Assembly (NCBI GenBank): GCA_018401015.1 | Contig: JAGYLP010000005.1 | Location: forward strand, 30,411 to 94,410 | DNA from: Bacteroidales bacterium | GTDB taxonomy: Bacteria; Bacteroidota; Bacteroidia; Bacteroidales; M50B96 | Reading direction: 5' to 3' | DNA: 64,000 nucleotides | Shown here: piece by piece, positions 31,797-40,851 of the stretch | Layout: each line of letters opens with the position of its first letter | Position numbering within the stretch: position 1 is the stretch's first letter | The notes under the pieces: model-generated | Told to the model about the DNA's origin: nothing | What the model saw: the letters and a program-made list of their open reading frames with translations, nothing else | The model's database searches: none | Position numbers and translations under genes: made by a program

Positions 31797-32295
31797 GCTG
31801 AAATTCAAAATCGGAATATTTCTGAATATCGGAGGCATCGGAGCATTGTTCAAAAAGCTCCTTCATCGTTTTTCCAAGAACAGGATGCACCATGTTTGGA
31901 ACCAGGTCGAGCAAAGGAAGTAGAACAAAAAGTCGTTGATGCATGAGTCGATGCGGGATGCTTAAATCCGGTTCATGAATCACATCCTCTTCATAAAAGA
32001 TAATGTCGATATCGAGTGTTCGGGACCGGTAAGTTGAACCATCTCGGACTCTTCCGAAGGATTCCTCTATCTGATGAATTAACTTAAGCAGTTCCCTTGG
32101 CATTAATTCCGTTTCGATTGCCACCGCCAGATTAAGAAAACGTTCCGGTACCGAAAAGCCCCAGGCCACTGATTCGTATAATGCCGAAATCTGCTTTACA
32201 TTGCCAGCTTCGATCGATAATCGAGACAAACCGTGTTGCAAGGTTTCCATTCGGTTTCCCAAATTACTTCCCATCGATAAAATGACTTGAGCCAT
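31780..32295 (-). CDS. folK: 2-amino-4-hydroxy-6-hydroxymethyldihydropteridine diphosphokinase
   Basis: MGSNLG, FLN, RTLDIDII, IPH, R.FVL.PL. Confidence 0.95.
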   Translation of the reverse strand: MAQVILSMGSNLGNRMETLQHGLSRLSIEAGNVKQISALYESVAWGFSVPERFLNLAVAIETELMPRELLKLIHQIEESFGRVRDGSTYRSRTLDIDIIFYEEDVIHEPDLSIPHRLMHQRLFVLLPLLDLVPNMVHPVLGKTMKELFEQCSDASDIQKYSDFEFQPSFVE

Positions 32296-32514
32296 AGCTT
32301 CGAATATTTCCGGCAAACTTAGAAAGAAATCCATGAAAGCCCAGCTCCAACGAATGGAATGAATTATTAAGATTCTCAGCATTTTAGACTTTTTTAATGA
32401 CTCCTACCTTCTTTTTTTTCAATTGCTTGTAGTACTTTCGGGCAAGGATTCGTTAAGGAATCGTGTCAATTTCACCATTTATCATCTCATACCATTCATT
32501 AATACGCTAAAACA

Positions 32515-34293
32515 ATGAAGCAATTCTTTAAATCTCTCTTTTCCAGCTTCCTGGGAACTATTCTAGCACTACTGGTGCTCTTTTTTATTCTGATGGGCAG
32601 CATTGCCGTACTCATACCCAAATCCGATCCGGTTAGCATCGACGACAACAGCATCCTGAGCTTAAACTTTTCCGGCCCTATTAGCGACCGCACTTCCGGC
32701 AACCCTTTCGAAGAAAGTAACTTCAATTTTATGTCGTTCGAAAATAAAGGCATGGGCTTGAACGAATTACTTGAAACCATCGATAAGGCGAAGCGCGACG
32801 ATAAAATCAAAGGGATTTATGTTCAGCCGGGAAATATTCAGGCAGGAATGGCAACCATCGAAGAAATCCGCGATGCCTTAGCCGACTTCAAGACCTCCGG
32901 TAAATTCATTCTTAGCTACTCCGATTATTATCCGCAACGAGCGTATTATCTGGCATCGGTTGCCGATAAAATTTATCTCAATCCGCAAGGAGCGCTCGAG
33001 CACGTTGGTTTACGTTCCGAACTTATGTTTTTCAAAAAAGCCTTGGACAAGTATGGCATTGAACCGGAGATCATCCGCGGTAGCAATAATAAGTTTAAGT
33101 CGGCGGTTGAACCTTTCATGTACGAAAAAATGAGCGATGCTAATCGTGAGCAAATGGAAACCTACATGGGTTCTCTGTGGAATAAAATGTTGCGTGAAAT
33201 TAGCAGTTCGCGTAATATTTCGATCGATGAACTGAATCGCCTGGCCAACGAGTTGAGCATTGGTAATGCAAACGATGCAGTCAATTATGGATTAGTCGAT
33301 GCCACCAAATACCTCGACGAAGTGCATACCGAATTGAGTGTATTGATTGGTGAGGAAGCCGACGAAGAACCCGAACTGGTTTCTTACAGCGAATACAAAA
33401 ACGCCCCCGACTTAAATCGCGAAATCAAAGGATTAGCCAAAAACAAAGTGGCAGTGATATATGCGAGTGGCGAAATTACGATGGGCAAAGGCAGTAGCAC
33501 GGTAATTGGCTCCGAAGGTATTTCCGAAGCCATTCGCGAAGCCCGCAAGGACAGTGCGATTAAGGCGATTGTGCTTCGTGTTAACTCACCTGGAGGCAGC
33601 GCCTTAGCATCCGATGTTATTCTGCGCGAAATGGCTCTCGCCAGAGAAGTGAAACCCGTAGTAGTTTCGATGGGCGATGTGGCTGCCTCCGGCGGTTATT
33701 ACATTGCCTGCATGGCCGACACCATTGTAGCCAGCGAAAATACCCTTACCGGTTCCATTGGTGTATTCGGACTCTTTTTCAATGTTGAAAAACTCATGAA
33801 TGAACGGATTGGACTTACCTTCGACCGGGTTAAAACCAACGAGTATTCCGACATCATGTCGGGAACCCGAAAAATTACCGACTTCGAACGTCAGTACATC
33901 CAAAAGAGCGTCGACGATATTTACGACACCTTTATTGGCTATGTTGCTGAGGGCCGAAATATGACTAAAGAAGAAGTAGATGCAATGGGTCAAGGACGCG
34001 TTTGGTCGGGCGAAAACGCGAAAGCCAATGGTTTAATCGATGTTTATGGAGGATTAAACGATGCGATCAAAATCGCAGCCGATATGGCTCAACTGGATGA
34101 ATATCGGACAGTCGATTTACCAGAGCAGAAAGAAACCCTGGAATACTTGATGGAAAATTTAGAGTTGGAAACTTCCACTTATTTCATGAAACGAAAACTG
34201 GGAGAAAACTACAGCTATTTCCAACTCCTCGAAAAGGAATTGAACTCGCAAGGAATCATGGCACGAATTCCTTACCACATTTCCATTCATTAA
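32515..34293 (+). CDS. sppA: Signal peptide peptidase SppA (67K type)
   Basis: YYLAS.AD, FKSAVEPF, LRVNSPGGSA, SMGDVAASGGYY, TGSIGVFG, QGRVWSG. Confidence 0.96.
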   Translation: MKQFFKSLFSSFLGTILALLVLFFILMGSIAVLIPKSDPVSIDDNSILSLNFSGPISDRTSGNPFEESNFNFMSFENKGMGLNELLETIDKAKRDDKIKGIYVQPGNIQAGMATIEEIRDALADFKTSGKFILSYSDYYPQRAYYLASVADKIYLNPQGALEHVGLRSELMFFKKALDKYGIEPEIIRGSNNKFKSAVEPFMYEKMSDANREQMETYMGSLWNKMLREISSSRNISIDELNRLANELSIGNANDAVNYGLVDATKYLDEVHTELSVLIGEEADEEPELVSYSEYKNAPDLNREIKGLAKNKVAVIYASGEITMGKGSSTVIGSEGISEAIREARKDSAIKAIVLRVNSPGGSALASDVILREMALAREVKPVVVSMGDVAASGGYYIACMADTIVASENTLTGSIGVFGLFFNVEKLMNERIGLTFDRVKTNEYSDIMSGTRKITDFERQYIQKSVDDIYDTFIGYVAEGRNMTKEEVDAMGQGRVWSGENAKANGLIDVYGGLNDAIKIAADMAQLDEYRTVDLPEQKETLEYLMENLELETSTYFMKRKLGENYSYFQLLEKELNSQGIMARIPYHISIH

Positions 34294-34317
34294 AAAAATA
34301 TTCCATATTCGCAGTGT

Positions 34318-34347
34318 AAGAGACGTTGACCACCAACGTCTCTTTTT
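34318..34347 (+). terminator. Intrinsic terminator after sppA
   Basis: AAGAGACGTTG-ACCAC-CAACGTCTCTTTTT. Confidence 0.75.
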
Positions 34348-34368
34348 ATACCCGTTAATCCTGTTCCT

Positions 34369-35139
34369 ATGAAGACAAAAGCAGAGATTGTAAAAGACTG
34401 GTTACCCCGCTATACCGGACTTACCTTAAATGAGACCAGCGATTACATCCTTTTAACCAATTTCTACCATTACCTCGAAATTTTTGCCGAAACGCAGGGT
34501 GGCGAGATTAAAAATCCCGATGTGAATATGCCCGCTTGCACCGCCAACGGCCTTACCATGATAAACTTCGGGATGGGTAGTCCGAACGCCGCTACCATTA
34601 TGGATTTGTTAACCGCAGTAAACCCAAAAGCTGTTTTGTTTCTTGGGAAATGTGGCGGCTTGAAACGAAAAAACAAGCTGGGCGATTTAATCCTTCCCAT
34701 TGCAGCGATTCGAAACGAAGGTACGTCGCACGATTACCTACCCAGCGAGATTCCTGCTCTGCCAGCCTTTAGCATGCAACGGGCCGTTTCGAGTGCCATC
34801 AAACGAGCCGGGCTCGATTACTGGACCGGAACAGTGCTTACCACCAACAAACGAGTGTGGGAATACGACGACCGATTTAAAAAATACCTCGAAAAAACCC
34901 GTGCCATGGCTATCGATATGGAAACAGCTACTATTTTTACCGTCGGATTTCACAACGACATCCCAAGTGGAGCTTTGCTGCTGGTTTCCGACCAACCCAT
35001 GATTTCGACCGGAGTAAAAACCTCGAAAAGCGATAAAATGATCGATGAAAAATTTGTTTATCATCATGTCACCATCGGCATAGAGGCACTGAAAGAAATC
35101 AAAAACGACGGAGTTTCCGTAAAACATCTCCGATTTTAA
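34369..35139 (+). CDS. amn: AMP nucleosidase (Bacteroidota type)
   Basis: WLPRYTG, NFGMGSPNAA, LGKCGGL, TTNKRVWE, DMETAT, VKHLRF. Confidence 0.92.
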   Translation: MKTKAEIVKDWLPRYTGLTLNETSDYILLTNFYHYLEIFAETQGGEIKNPDVNMPACTANGLTMINFGMGSPNAATIMDLLTAVNPKAVLFLGKCGGLKRKNKLGDLILPIAAIRNEGTSHDYLPSEIPALPAFSMQRAVSSAIKRAGLDYWTGTVLTTNKRVWEYDDRFKKYLEKTRAMAIDMETATIFTVGFHNDIPSGALLLVSDQPMISTGVKTSKSDKMIDEKFVYHHVTIGIEALKEIKNDGVSVKHLRF

Positions 35140-35166
35140 TTCATCAAAACCTAAGCTTCGAAAAGC

Positions 35167-36168
35167 ATGACGCTGGAAGAAATTGTAAAAGAAGTCGACC
35201 AAAAAAAATTTCGCCCCATATACCTGCTCATGGGCGACGAACCTTATTACATCGACCGGTTATGCGACTACATCCAATCGAAGGTTTTGAGCGAAGAAGA
35301 ACGAAGCTTTAACGAATACATCCTTTACGGGAAAGATGTGGGGGCGGTGGAAATCGACAATGTAGCCCGTCGATTCCCGATGATGGCACCCCATCAATTG
35401 GTGCTGGTTAAAGAAGCTCAACTCATCAAAAAAATAGAAGACCTGGTCCACTATGCCAGTCAGCCACAACCGACGACTGTTCTGATTCTGGCTCACAAAT
35501 ACAAATCGATTCCTAAAAACCGGAAACTCTACAAAGCGATCGAAAAAAACGGAGTGGTTTTCGAGTCAAAAAAACTATACGATTCTCAAATAGCCGAATG
35601 GGTTACCAGCTATTTGCGGAAACGTAAATGGCAAATCGATCCGGCATCGGCACAACTCATAGCCGAGAATTTAGGAAACGATTTAAGTAAAATCTCGAAC
35701 GAACTCGACAAGCTGCTTTTGGTCAGCAACTCGGGGCAGCAACTAGTCACTCCCGAACTTATTCAGTCGAATATTGGCATTAGCAAAGATTACAACACTT
35801 TTGAACTGCAAAAAGCGCTGGGCATGAGGCAGGAAATCAAAGCATACCGGATTGTTCAGTACTTTGCTTCCAATCAGAAAGAGCATCCTTTTGTTCTCAG
35901 CATCAGTTCGCTTTACGCTTATTTTTCGAAGCTTCTCTTACTGCATTTTTCAAAAGATAAAAGTCCCCGAAACCTGGCTTCGGTTTTAGGAATAAATCCC
36001 TACTTCGTGAATGAATATCTTGTTGCAGCAAAAAACTACTCTCCTCGTAAAGTAGTCGATATCATCCACTTATTAAGGGAATACGATCTCAAATCGAAAG
36101 GAGTAGATGCGAATGCAACCGAACCCGGAGAGCTTTTACGCGAACTTATTTTTAAGATACTTAACTAG
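35167..36168 (+). CDS. holA: DNA polymerase III delta subunit
   Basis: PIYLLMGDEPYYID, FPMM, VKEAQ, GISKDYNTFEL, DLKSKGV. Confidence 0.95.
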   Translation: MTLEEIVKEVDQKKFRPIYLLMGDEPYYIDRLCDYIQSKVLSEEERSFNEYILYGKDVGAVEIDNVARRFPMMAPHQLVLVKEAQLIKKIEDLVHYASQPQPTTVLILAHKYKSIPKNRKLYKAIEKNGVVFESKKLYDSQIAEWVTSYLRKRKWQIDPASAQLIAENLGNDLSKISNELDKLLLVSNSGQQLVTPELIQSNIGISKDYNTFELQKALGMRQEIKAYRIVQYFASNQKEHPFVLSISSLYAYFSKLLLLHFSKDKSPRNLASVLGINPYFVNEYLVAAKNYSPRKVVDIIHLLREYDLKSKGVDANATEPGELLRELIFKILN

Positions 36169-36674
36169 TGGAATCGAATTCAAAAAGCATCCAAGCTGTT
36201 TTTCTCGATCGCGACGGAGTAATAAACGACAATTCGGAACACTACTATGTATTTCGATCCGAGCAATGGAAATGGAATCCGGATCTTATCGAAGCTTTGC
36301 AGTTGCTTCAACAGCATTTCATCCGACTTTTTATTGTAAGCAATCAAGGAGGAATTTCAAAAGGACTCTATGAGCGCAAGGATGTCGCTATGCTCCATGA
36401 AGAGAAACTGGCTGAACTAGCTAGTTACGGGATCAAAATCGAGGGGATAGCTATTTGCCCTCACCATCCTGATATAGAAGCTTGTTTTTGCCGGAAGCCA
36501 AGCGGTTTAATGCTGGAGCGCTTGCTTACACGGTTTCATTTAAATGCGGCAAATTGTTTTTTAATCGGCGATAGCCCACGCGACATAGAAGCTGCCGCAG
36601 CCGTTGGCATGCCTTCGGTTCAAATTGAAGGCAATACCAGTATCCTGGAACTATGTAAACAATTAATTAGTTGA
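36168..36674 (+). CDS. HAD-IIIA phosphatase (GmhB / histidinol-phosphatase-like); GTG start
   Basis: FLDRDGVIN, SNQGG, CPHHP...C.CRKP, IGDS.RD. Confidence 0.88.
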   Translation: MESNSKSIQAVFLDRDGVINDNSEHYYVFRSEQWKWNPDLIEALQLLQQHFIRLFIVSNQGGISKGLYERKDVAMLHEEKLAELASYGIKIEGIAICPHHPDIEACFCRKPSGLMLERLLTRFHLNAANCFLIGDSPRDIEAAAAVGMPSVQIEGNTSILELCKQLIS

Positions 36675-37245
36675 GTTCCGGATTTACCGGAAAATTGGCC
36701 CAAAGTCGATACTTCGGACCTTGTTTCTCCATCAGGTCGACCCAAGACTCCGATTTTACCTGAAACACCTCCGCTGCCGATAATTCAGTAATCTTCCATG
36801 AATTTTCCTTGAGTTCGTTTTCCAACTGCCCGGGCGACCAACCAGCATATCCGAGGAAAAAGAAAACCTCGTCCGACTGTAGAATTCCATCTTGAAAAAA
36901 ACCTTGTAAGAGAACAAAATCTCCTCCCCAATACAATCCGGGCATCACCTCTTCGCTATCGGGAAATAAGTCCTGACGTGCATGAATGAATTGCAGGGCA
37001 TCGGTGCTTACTGGTCCACCGAGGGAAAGTTTAGCCGAGATGGGTGGAAAGTCGGGCATCAGTTCTTGAAAAGGAACCGACACCGGATGATTGAGAACGA
37101 AGCCAACGGCCCCTTCCTCCGAATAATTAACTATCAGAATAACAGCCTGTTTAAAATAGAAATCCTCTAAAAAAGGTTCCGAGAGCAGAATCCTTCCTTT
37201 CGCTAAAGAGAGCCGATTTTGAATTTTAAAAAACTGATCGTCCAT
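36667..37245 (-). CDS. YqgE/AlgH family protein
   Basis: GRILLSEP, GFVLN.P, GGPV, FLGYAGWSPGQLENE, P.LN. Confidence 0.93.
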   Translation of the reverse strand: MDDQFFKIQNRLSLAKGRILLSEPFLEDFYFKQAVILIVNYSEEGAVGFVLNHPVSVPFQELMPDFPPISAKLSLGGPVSTDALQFIHARQDLFPDSEEVMPGLYWGGDFVLLQGFFQDGILQSDEVFFFLGYAGWSPGQLENELKENSWKITELSAAEVFQVKSESWVDLMEKQGPKYRLWANFPVNPELN

Positions 37246-37541
37246 TTTCACAAGAATATTAGAAGAAAAGGCTTTGAATTGTGCCTAAAATACCACTTTT
37301 TTGTGATAACGAAACGCCCAAAGCTGATGTTGTGAAACCTTCAGCAGGGATAGGAAAAATCCCTTACTAAATTGTTTTTTCAGGATGAATTAAAAATCTG
37401 TTGCTGAACAAATAAGACGAAGGCTTTTAGCGTTTGCTGTGCATAAAAATTTGATTTTCTTTGTCCTCCAATTCCTACAAGAAATTAAACAAGTACGTTT
37501 TTAACCTGATTTTATTTAAGCAAACTGTCAATAAGAGTCGC

Positions 37542-38333
37542 ATGATTAGAACATTACTGGGACTACTCGTCCTGTTACTTGCTTTTTCCTCCTGCCGTAA
37601 CAACAAGGACATTGTTCTGTTGCAAGGTCTCCCCAGCGAAGAAGTACTCCACCCCCGCGAAGAAATGAACAAAGAGTATCGAATAGAACGCGGCGACAAC
37701 CTCTCGATACAGGTAAGCAGCATGAATCCGGAAATCGTATTCATGTTCAACAAAGATCAAGGAAATAATAATAGAGTTCTCCAGGCTAGCCCTGCGAACC
37801 TGTTCTTTTCAAGTTACATGGTCAATGACACAGGCTACATTAATATGCCTACCATTGGACTTGTCTTTGTTCAGGGGAAAACCGAATTCGAGATAGAAGC
37901 CATGTTGGAAAAGCATATTCGGGAATACGTGAAAGATGCCAGTGTAATGGTCCGGCTAACCGGGATACGAATCACGATGCTCGGTGAAGTGACCCGTCCC
38001 GGAATGGACTTCTTCTATCAACGCGATGTAAGTATTTTCGATGCTTTATCGCGTTTTGGCGATTTAAGCGACTTTGGCGACCGCCGGAAAGTATTGGTTC
38101 TACGAGCGACAAAAGAAGGTTTGGTTTCTTATCGAATCAATCTGCTCGATAAAAATATCCTAACGCATCCGGCCTATTACCTTCAGCATAACGACTTGGT
38201 GTACATTGAACCACTCCCCACTAAAGGATTGCGTTTGGCAATTCAAGATTATGGAGTTCTCATTTCGGTGGTAACCTCAGTAACTTCCTCCATTACTACC
38301 GTTATCTTGTTACTTAATCTCCTTAATAATTAA
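37542..38333 (+). CDS. wza: Polysaccharide export lipoprotein (Wza/OPX family)
   Basis: Lipobox FSSC, Y.I..GD.LSI, G.I.MP.IG, GEV..PG, ND.VYIEP, C-terminal helix. Confidence 0.88.
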   Translation: MIRTLLGLLVLLLAFSSCRNNKDIVLLQGLPSEEVLHPREEMNKEYRIERGDNLSIQVSSMNPEIVFMFNKDQGNNNRVLQASPANLFFSSYMVNDTGYINMPTIGLVFVQGKTEFEIEAMLEKHIREYVKDASVMVRLTGIRITMLGEVTRPGMDFFYQRDVSIFDALSRFGDLSDFGDRRKVLVLRATKEGLVSYRINLLDKNILTHPAYYLQHNDLVYIEPLPTKGLRLAIQDYGVLISVVTSVTSSITTVILLLNLLNN

Positions 38334-38344
38334 AGCTACTCCCT

Positions 38345-40834
38345 GTGAATCAATCATTTGAAAACAACAACTTCCAGCAGGAAGAGTCGGTCGATATAAA
38401 GAAATACCTATACCTGGCACTCACAAACTGGTATTTATTCGTCATTTTTATCCTTATCAGCTTCACAGTCGCCTTCTATTACAACAAATTTACTATTCCG
38501 GAATACGAAGCCAGTACGACCCTTTTGGTTAATCCGGATAACCCGAACATGAGTGAACTGAATCTTCTGGAAGGATTCCGTGGCATGCAGTCGGGAAAAG
38601 GCCTGCAAAACGAAATTGGTATTCTGCAATCCTACTCCCTGGCAAAAAAAGTGGTAGAAGAACTTAATTTCGAGGTTTCCTATTTCGAGGAAAAAGGCTT
38701 TTTAAGTCATGAGATTTATGTCGAATCGCCCTTCGTCGTTACCCTCGACACGAACTATGAACAACTTCGAAATCAATCCTTGTACATCGAAATAACCAGT
38801 TACGACGGATACAACCTGGTTTTTGAAAACACCACTCCTGAGGATGATGAGTTCATTCAAATAAACCGGAATGTTGCTTTTGGCGAACGAGTAGAAATCG
38901 ACAAACTGGCTTTTACCATCAACATACGCGATTACCGGAACTTCGACCTGGAGGAAGTTAAAGAGAAGAAATATCGATTCCTGATCAATGAAATTGATTT
39001 GCTTGCCCGTGGATACAAAGGCAGGGTTCAAATTGAACCCGTTAACCGCGAAGCAACCATTTTGCAACTCAAATCGAAAGGTCCGGTCAAACAAAAAGAA
39101 GTGGATTTCCTGAATAAGCTCTGCGAACTCTACATTCAGCGTGGATTGGATGAGAGGAATCAGGCAGCGATTAAAACCATCGACTTTATCGATTCCCAAC
39201 TTTCCAGCGTAGTTGATTCACTTTCGACAGTCGAAGATTTGATGGAAGCTTTCCGACTGAGTAACCAATTGGTGAGTTTATCGCGCGATGGAAGTATGCT
39301 CCTCGAAAAGCTGGAAAAACTGATGGAAGAGAAAGCGATGTTAGTGATGCAGGAAGACTACTATCGCTATCTTGAAAACTACTTAGCTCAAAAAGCCGAT
39401 TTCAACGACATCATTGTTCCTACCACCATGGGAATTACCGACCCCTTGCTCAACCAACTCATCCTTTCCCTCATTGAGTTTAGCGGTGAGAAAATGGATT
39501 TGGAATATTCGGCAACCGAAAAATTACCGCAACTCGATGCCTTGGTTTTCAAAATTGATAATATTCGGAAAGCTATTAAAGAAAACCTGGTCAACATTCG
39601 TCAAACGACCGATCTGGCAATCAGAAATCTCGACAAAGAATTGGAGAAGGTTAACCTGGAATTGGCTTCGATTCCTCAAGCCGAACGCGAATACTTGAAC
39701 ATTCAACGGAAATATACGCTGAACGATCAGATTTACACCTTCTTACTTCAAAAACGAGCCGATGCAGGTATTATGAAAGCATCGAACGTAACCGGTCACC
39801 AAATCATCGATCAAGCCATCACCCAAAGTGCTGCTCAGGTTCATCCGAAAAGCTCACTCAATTACGCCATTGCCTTCTTGCTCGGACTGATCATACCTTT
39901 AGTCATCATTTTAGCTCGTGACTATTTCAATGAGCGCATTCCTGATCCGAATTTCGTAGAACAGAAAACTAATGTTCCTATTCTGGGTGCCGTCGGATCG
40001 AACATTAAAGACTCGGAAATCCCGGTGTTTACCAGTCCTAAATCGGCGCTCTCGGAATCCTTCCGTTCGGTGCGAACAAGCTTGCAGTACATGAATGCCG
40101 ATAAGCCCCACAAAGTGATACTCGTTACCAGTACCGTGTCGGGCGAAGGGAAAACATTCATTGCCATCAACTTAGCTGCAATTCACGCTATGGCCGGCAA
40201 AAAGGTCATTTTGTTCGGATTCGACCTTCGGAAACCCAAAGTGCATCGGGCCTTCGAAAATGTATCGAACGAGAAAGGAATTAGCACCTATTTGATTGGT
40301 AAAAATAAAGTGGAAGATATCGCCGTATCGACCAGCATCGAATACCTCGACGTAATTCCATCGGGTCCGGTACCGCCGAATCCTGCAGAGTTAATTGAAA
40401 CGCGAAGAACACAAGAATTATTCGATTGGGCTCGTGCAAACTACGATTACGTGATTGTGGATACACCTCCTATTGCTTTGGTTACCGACAGTTTGCTCTT
40501 AACAAAATACTGCGACGCAAACATTTACGTGATGCGTCAGGGTTACTCGCATAAATCGGTTATAAACCTGGTAAATAACCTATACGACACCAAAGCATTC
40601 GAAAACTTTGGTATTCTGATTAACGATGTTACGGCCGGTGGAGCTTACGGTTACAGCTATGGGTATGGATACGGATATGGCTATGGGTATGGATACGGAT
40701 ACGGTGAGTATGGCTATGGACAAGGTTACTATGTAGAAGATGCTATACCCATGACCCGGATGGAAAAAGTAAAAGCTTTCTTTAACATTACGTCGAACCC
40801 CTCGAAAAAGAAAGATAATTCGAATGAAGTATAA
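38345..40834 (+). CDS. wzc: Polysaccharide co-polymerase / BY-kinase (Wzc); GTG start
   Basis: Two TM helices flanking a coiled-coil domain, ESFRSVRT, GEGKT Walker A, DLRKP, PPNPAEL, DTPP, Tyr/Gly cluster. Confidence 0.93.
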   Translation: MNQSFENNNFQQEESVDIKKYLYLALTNWYLFVIFILISFTVAFYYNKFTIPEYEASTTLLVNPDNPNMSELNLLEGFRGMQSGKGLQNEIGILQSYSLAKKVVEELNFEVSYFEEKGFLSHEIYVESPFVVTLDTNYEQLRNQSLYIEITSYDGYNLVFENTTPEDDEFIQINRNVAFGERVEIDKLAFTINIRDYRNFDLEEVKEKKYRFLINEIDLLARGYKGRVQIEPVNREATILQLKSKGPVKQKEVDFLNKLCELYIQRGLDERNQAAIKTIDFIDSQLSSVVDSLSTVEDLMEAFRLSNQLVSLSRDGSMLLEKLEKLMEEKAMLVMQEDYYRYLENYLAQKADFNDIIVPTTMGITDPLLNQLILSLIEFSGEKMDLEYSATEKLPQLDALVFKIDNIRKAIKENLVNIRQTTDLAIRNLDKELEKVNLELASIPQAEREYLNIQRKYTLNDQIYTFLLQKRADAGIMKASNVTGHQIIDQAITQSAAQVHPKSSLNYAIAFLLGLIIPLVIILARDYFNERIPDPNFVEQKTNVPILGAVGSNIKDSEIPVFTSPKSALSESFRSVRTSLQYMNADKPHKVILVTSTVSGEGKTFIAINLAAIHAMAGKKVILFGFDLRKPKVHRAFENVSNEKGISTYLIGKNKVEDIAVSTSIEYLDVIPSGPVPPNPAELIETRRTQELFDWARANYDYVIVDTPPIALVTDSLLLTKYCDANIYVMRQGYSHKSVINLVNNLYDTKAFENFGILINDVTAGGAYGYSYGYGYGYGYGYGYGYGEYGYGQGYYVEDAIPMTRMEKVKAFFNITSNPSKKKDNSNEV
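40646..40732 (+). repeat. (Tyr-Gly)n coding repeat of the Wzc autophosphorylation tail
   Basis: 14 Tyr codons in 29; GCTATGGGTATGGATACGGATA repeated at 40656 and 40680. Confidence 0.85.
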
Positions 40835-40851
40835 CTAAAAAAAGGAGTAGA

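Noticed and set aside
40646-40732. CRISPR array or phase-variable repeat
   Set aside because: In-frame Tyr-Gly coding repeat of Wzc; no spacers.
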